From Eukaryota sp. TZLM1-RC (Eukaryota > Protista > Metamonada: BaSk clade): DNA of 64,000 nucleotides. A program made the position numbers and the translations under genes. The stretch's first letter is position 1; every line of letters begins with the position of its first letter. This document shows positions 58,445-64,000 of the stretch, one piece after another. The notes under the pieces were generated by a model. That model worked only from the letters and a program-made list of their open reading frames with translations. It was not told the origin of the DNA and ran no database searches. The DNA is taken from NCBI GenBank assembly GCA_040285825.1, contig JAUPSS010000001.1, positions 3,658,001-3,722,000 on the forward strand, read 5' to 3'.

Positions 58445-60770
58445 AGAAACAAAAATTGAAGAGCAGCTTTTAGCTATTCAAGAATTGAAAATTCACAAGC
58501 ATAACATTTTCGGCCCTGACTGTGTGTTTCAGGTCAAAAAATTATCACCTTCTCCGTCTTTATCCCCCACAATTTCACATCCTTTTACAGGTCAATGTAT
58601 TGCTGTGAAGTCCAATTTTTTAGGTTATTGGGTGGAACTACGTCCGTTAAAAATTCCTTATCATGCTCTGTTGAGTCCTAAGTTTGGTGGAGTCGGTCTT
58701 TCAAAAGCACAATATTTATGTAAAGTGCCTTTATTGGTGGTATGAAAAATTTTCTTTTTGAGTAAAACTTTGGTTTGATGAAATTTCCTTCAACGAATCA
58801 CATCCTTTATTAAAGTTCCTCGAAAATATGGTGCAAAAATTACCTACTGATGTGTGGAATCAGTATTTTTTTTCAAGTTTGGCTTCTGTCCCTTCGAGAT
58901 CTGTGACTAATCTTCATCTTGCTGTTGTGAAATTCCGAAAATCTGTTTTAAATGGTTTTGAAGACCTAGATTTTTCTCAAAGACATAACATGATAAAGAT
59001 TAATATTCCCGTCTTTGCTGCCTTTTTGTCAGACATCCAAAATTGCCCTAGTTTTAGTTCTCAGCAACCAAGGCCATTTGGTTTTCACCTGACAAATGAG
59101 TCTTCAAAACAAAATACGCGTTTGAGATAAGGGTTGTGTCCAAGTGGACTTTTGGATAATTGTGTTTGTATTCGCAACGGACAACAGTCTGCCAATTTCT
59201 GTCATAATGTTAGTAAATAGAAGTTTCTCCAATTCAGGTCAGTTCTGCATAATGCTGTCCGTGATTTAATCTATGAAATGTTTAAGTGTCACAATTTCAG
59301 TCGCAAAGTAAAACCCTTGTTGAGGCATTTTTGAGGCATGTTTGTTTTTTCTTAATTTGAAATTTTTTTCTCAACGCTAACAAAACATTAAACAAAAAAC
59401 TAGAAGTCAATATCCTCAATACACGCATCAACATCATCAAATCTTTTAAGCGCGCGATTTTCATACTCTATTCCTAATTGTAACAGTGCTTTGGTCAACA
59501 TTTCTGGAATTGCTTTAAGAATACTGAAAACAATTTTATTGTGCCAGAAATTGAAGTTCAATTCTTTTCCTGCTCTTTTTTTATTAAACTTCTGAAACCT
59601 TCAAGAAATTTAATGCCAGATATTCCAATGTTACCAAAAAGAGAAACAGCAAATGGAACCAACTGATACATGACATGCTCAACACGTCCTAGCTGAGATA
59701 AGGGTTCATTGTACTTTTTGATTTTGCACTTTTCAGCAAAACAAAGTTGAGTGTCATCTCTTTTAGCAAAATCAATTGCTGAGTCTTTCCAAACATCAAC
59801 AGTGACTACATCAACAACTAAAATAACACCATCAGACGCAGGGGAAATTAAATCAGCACGGCGTTTCCCAAAAGTATTTTCATCTTCATTTTCAGATGAC
59901 AACCTTCGCACAAGTGGTTCAACAAAAGCTTCAATGTGATGACTTTTGCACATAGCGTATAGCTGGTCTCTAACAGCATCGTGAACAACTGAGCGATATG
60001 TAATTTTAAATTTGCAATTAGATAAATGATTCAGATTAATGAGCTGACCACAACGACAAATCAAATCATTTGGTACACTACATGGCCACAGAAAAGACCT
60101 CATCCTGAAGGCAGTTGTCCATTGATGATCATTTAATACTAGACCTAATACATTTGGAATCTGGGGAATAAGACAACTTGAGCTACTTTCCTTAAGGTCA
60201 ATCAAAAAGTTTGCAAAAACGGGATTCTTTTCTTTAGCCAAGCTAAGACGAACAGTGAAATCCAAGTTTTCAAAAACTTTTAATATCTTTTTCTGCAATT
60301 TAGCATATGCAAATTTCAAGGAAATCAAACTCCTGGGTGGAATTTCTTGAATATCAGCAGGAAAGCATTTGGACCATATGTGAGGAGAGATGCATTCAAT
60401 TTCACTCTGCAAGGACACTAAATAGTCACTGACACAACATTCTATTAAATGTTGGTTTTCAGGGAAACGTTTCAAAAATTCAAAAACGAAATTTTTGCCT
60501 CCACCGATGAATGCGGCTTTAAAAAAATATTTTGGTTTGTGAAAATCCAGGCCTCCCAATTCTGTGCTACAAAAAATATGACTACGTAAAAAAGAAGAAT
60601 CAATATCGAGCAAATTATCCAAAAATTTTGTTCTTAATTCATTAAAAATTTTTGTTTGATTCACGTCTTGGTGATTTAATTGCTCCTTTTGTGGATTCCT
60701 CTCAAGTTGTTGTTGACTTTATTACTGTTGATTCCTTTGCTTCAATTTATGTTGATGTTATTTTAGTTGG
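58445..60770 (+). mobile_element. CRE-like family E copy (58445-59344 + 60653-60770) split by a family D insertion
   Basis: Halves join at PLLRH...MFDSRLGDLIA, as in 44600-44670; TGTTTG at both junctions. Confidence 0.8.
59345..60652 (-). mobile_element. 5'-truncated CRE-like retrotransposon, family D
   Basis: ORF 59558-60664: CRC-x7-HLSNC, VHDAVRD, RRAD, VDV, KIKKY. Confidence 0.92.
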
Positions 60771-60799
60771 TTTTAGTGGCCAACTGGACAAGGCTCAGG

Positions 60800-61712
60800 G
60801 TCGTCATACAACCCTAATCTCAAGCGCGTGTTGTGTTTCCAAGCTTCATTTATTAAGTGAAGACCAAATGGCCTTGGTTGCTGAGAAATTAAACTAGTGC
60901 AATTCTGTATGTCTGATAAAAAGGCAGCAAAGACGGGATAATCAATCTTAGTCATACTGAGTCGTTGAGAAAAAAACAGGTTTTCAAAACCAGTTAAAAC
61001 AGACTGCTGTAATTTGATAACATCAAGATGAAGATTAGACAAAGATCTCGAAGGTACAGAAGGCAAACTTGAAGGGAAACACTTATTCCACGCATCAACA
61101 AATAGTTCTTGCACCATGTTTTCGAAAAACTTCAATAAAGGATGTGGTTCATGCAAAGAAATTTGATCAAACCGGAATTTCCACTCAAAAAGAAAATTTT
61201 TCAAACCACCAATGAAAACATTTTTGCATAAATACTCTGCTTTTGAAAAACCAGCTCCAGCAAATTTAGGACTAAAAAAAGCATGATAAGGAATTTTTAA
61301 TGGGCATATTTCAACCAAATTAACTAAACAATTGGATCTCAAAGCAATAAATTGACGTCCAAAATCATGTGAAATAGAAGGGGATAAAGAACGAAGAAGG
61401 TGCTTAATTTTTGATCCAAAACACACATTCAAGACCCAAAACGGTAAATGCTTGTCAATTTTTAATTCTTGAATAGCTAAAAGTTGCTCTTCAATTTTTC
61501 CCAAAATGCCTGTCAGAATCGATGTAATCGTTCACTGTTTCAAAAATAGGAGCCAAGAAAACGAATAGCATCTGCTCCATAATCAAAAAATTTGATGAAA
61601 GTCTCATTAAATGCTACCTCAACACTCTGATTACCAATAATGAAACATTTGGCCAATTTAATATCTGACCCAATTTGTTGAGACAGAATAACAAAATGTT
61701 GTAATCCTTGCT
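60800..61712 (-). mobile_element. Internal fragment of CRE-like family E
   Basis: IRFLGS and thumb/linker region homologous to 58445-59140. Confidence 0.88.
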
Positions 61713-61844
61713 GTAAATATAAATACATTATTTAAACATCATTCACTAATATTATATAAATATTATTCATTAGTATTTACACAAATTATTATCAACCACG
61801 CATATTGAAAACAGTGAAGGTTCAAAAATAGGTTATTAACCAGA

Positions 61845-63005
61845 AAATCTTTTTCATTAATCGAGGAAATGGGTTTCGCATATTTAGCAATTTTGAATTT
61901 TTCGCCCGCAAGAAGAGGATTATTTACATCCGAGTTAATGAGATGTTCGTTAGAGGAATTACAAGGGTCAATAGACATAGCATCTAAAATAGTAAAACTG
62001 CCATTTAAATTGGGAACAACTAGATCACCTCTTGTCAGACCCATAGAAGCTCTGTTGTAACGCGTACTATCAATATTGGGATCATCAAGAATTAATTTTG
62101 ACAACAGCGGCTCTAAAAAGGAATCTACTGGATATGATTTGCACATTACATAAATTTGGTCCTTGACGTTATTATGCCCTTTGCTTTTAAATGTAATGAA
62201 ATGTTTACTGTTCAAAAGATGAGTAAACAAAAGAGGTTTACCACATTTACAAGTTAAATGATTGGACAAATTGTTTGGCCACAGAAAACAACGAAAACGC
62301 ATGTTTAAAAGCCATTCATTGTTTTTTAACAAAAGTCCAGAAACAGAGAAAATTTGAGTTACTAGAGCAGCAGCAAAACTATCACCAATGTGTTTTAAAA
62401 AATTACCGAAAGCGGGATTTTTAGTTTTGGCCAAGCCAAGTCTTACTTCATAATCCAAGCCTTCATGTAGTTTAACCAGATTGTGCTGAAGCTTTTTCAA
62501 GCAAAAACGTAAATTTGGAAGTGATCGGGTGGTAATTCCTTGAATATTTTGAGGAAAACACTGAATCCAGATATCACTAGGCAAATTTTCTAATTCAATT
62601 TCAAGTTGATTCAAATAAAAATTTGATTCATCATGGATCAGATGAACAGCATAAGGAAACCTTTGAGAAAATTCAAAAATAAAATTTTTCCACCTCCCCA
62701 AAAAGCTGCTTTACATAAAATCGAAGATTTCGTGAAACCAATTCCACCTAATTCAGCAGAACAAAAAACATGACTTCGAATTAAAGATTCATTTACCTCC
62801 AATAATGAAGCAAAAAATTTGACCCGAAGTTTGTTGAAAGATCTACAAAAATCAAGAAATACCGAAGGAGGGGTTGACCTTAAAATATGAGTGAATTTTC
62901 CAGAATAACAAAAAATAAACAAATAAAAAATTTGATGTGTTTTTCAAAATCAAATTTAGCAATAAAACTTAGATCCCTGTCAAATTTTTCCAATAAATTG
63001 TACAA
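61845..63005 (-). mobile_element. Fragment of CRE-like family B
   Basis: Near-identical to 24500-25505. Confidence 0.9.
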
Positions 63006-63014
63006 GTTATTCAA

Positions 63015-63090
63015 ACAAATGTTGGTTCAATCAATTTTGTCCCATCAGTTATGAGTTTATTTTGTAAAGTGTGCAAGACGAATAAACATC
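63015..63090 (+). mobile_element. 3'-UTR tip of CRE-like family A
   Basis: GTCCCATCAGTTATGAGTTT...AAGTGTGCAAG..AATAAA matches the family A 3' UTR. Confidence 0.65.
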
Positions 63091-63176
63091 TACTTCATTG
63101 CTGAATATCAAGATTCAATATATAAAGATCATTTACTCCTAAAATACACTTACTATACACAAATTAAAACTTAAAA

Positions 63177-64000
63177 CTATGAATTTTCTAAATTCAAATT
63201 AATTAATTGGTCTTTAATCAACAACGACAGCCGTTGGACCAAAACTTCATCTAAATGATAAACCTCTCCAAATCTTTGTGCAAGTTCATCAGGATCATCA
63301 CCTTCGTGTATACCCAGCCTTCCCATCTTACCCCCTCCAAGTCCAACATCCATATAGAGCAACGGTTGGTGTGATTCCCGTTGAGTGGAGCGTTTTTCTG
63401 TTGCAAAATCAAAAGGCTCGACATCACGCTTTCTCCTCGCCCAGGTAGAATCGCTATAACCGCTACCCTCAGCTCTTTTCCTATCTTCTTCACGTTGCTC
63501 TTTAGCCTTCCTCATCCGCTGAACTGTAGCTTCCATTGCAGCCTTAGTTCGTGCAGGTAATTGTGGCTGGTTCTTCACAGGACTCTTTGCTAGATTCGGC
63601 TTAAAAGTGCATTCTGCGAGGTCTTTTTCTTCACGTGGAATCATATGTTTAGAAACTGTTGGTTTCTTTCTTGTATATAATTGATCATTGGATCTTGATC
63701 TCACAACATTGGTCCTAGCGCGGGAAATATTTGGCTTAAATGTACATTGGTCAAGTTCCTTCAATTCACGATCTCTCTTCAGTTGCTCTACTTTTTGCTG
63801 TCTTCTTTTAGTTTCCATAATTAACCGTTCGTGACGCGCCTGATTACGTGTTGATTGATTGGATTTGTCGAGATAAGCTGATTTCCGATTGATTGTGGGT
63901 TTAAAACTGTCAGAAAGATCATCTTCATGTTTTCTTTCATTTTTTATAAAAGCAAGTCTCAAGCTATTGAACTGCTGGAAATCCTTCAAAACGGAAACAA
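63177..64000 (-). CDS. Unknown protein with (C/S)TFKP repeats and a C-terminal 'PLLYMDV..GDDP' domain; 5' end outside window
   Basis: Open frame runs to the window end; SFKP, CTFKP, CTFKP and PFDF repeats between coiled-coil segments. Confidence 0.8.
   Translation of the reverse strand, partial: VSVLKDFQQFNSLRLAFIKNERKHEDDLSDSFKPTINRKSAYLDKSNQSTRNQARHERLIMETKRRQQKVEQLKRDRELKELDQCTFKPNISRARTNVVRSRSNDQLYTRKKPTVSKHMIPREEKDLAECTFKPNLAKSPVKNQPQLPARTKAAMEATVQRMRKAKEQREEDRKRAEGSGYSDSTWARRKRDVEPFDFATEKRSTQRESHQPLLYMDVGLGGGKMGRLGIHEGDDPDELAQRFGEVYHLDEVLVQRLSLLIKDQLINLNLENS

Noticed and set aside
1-64000. tRNA, rRNA, snRNA, spliced-leader arrays, CRISPR arrays or a non-standard genetic code
   Set aside because: None recognisable. 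Long conserved genes translate cleanly and TAA, TAG and TGA all act as stops.

Overview
AT-rich, gene-dense nuclear DNA of a microbial eukaryote using the standard genetic code; the taxon cannot be determined from this window. Host genes: Uso1/p115-like (5' end outside window), WDR11-like in three tandem copies each paired head-to-head with an unknown coiled-coil gene ('X'), eL29, OS-9-like lectin, GAA1-like, uS14/RPS29, SMYD methyltransferase, a type-I membrane protein, RPF1, endosulfine, SmG, SMC3, a Pro-rich protein, a TMC-like channel and a CTFKP-repeat protein. Introns are tiny (28-47 nt), with the branch point fused to the 3' splice site. Roughly 20 kb (about 30%, hand estimate) consists of copies of about six families of CRE-like non-LTR retrotransposons (RT plus restriction-like endonuclease). 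They are dispersed, nested and flanked by unrelated TSDs. There is also a Tc1/IS630 relic. Best candidates for something new: (1) three miniature LTR elements plus a solo LTR, from two unrelated LTR families, in which a palindrome (CAATAATTATTG) straddles the LTR end where a tRNA primer-binding site should be; (2) reciprocal start-codon loss in the duplicated X/WDR11 bidirectional pair; (3) an RLE retrotransposon radiation without apparent target specificity. All family assignments come from motif recognition by eye; no searches were run.
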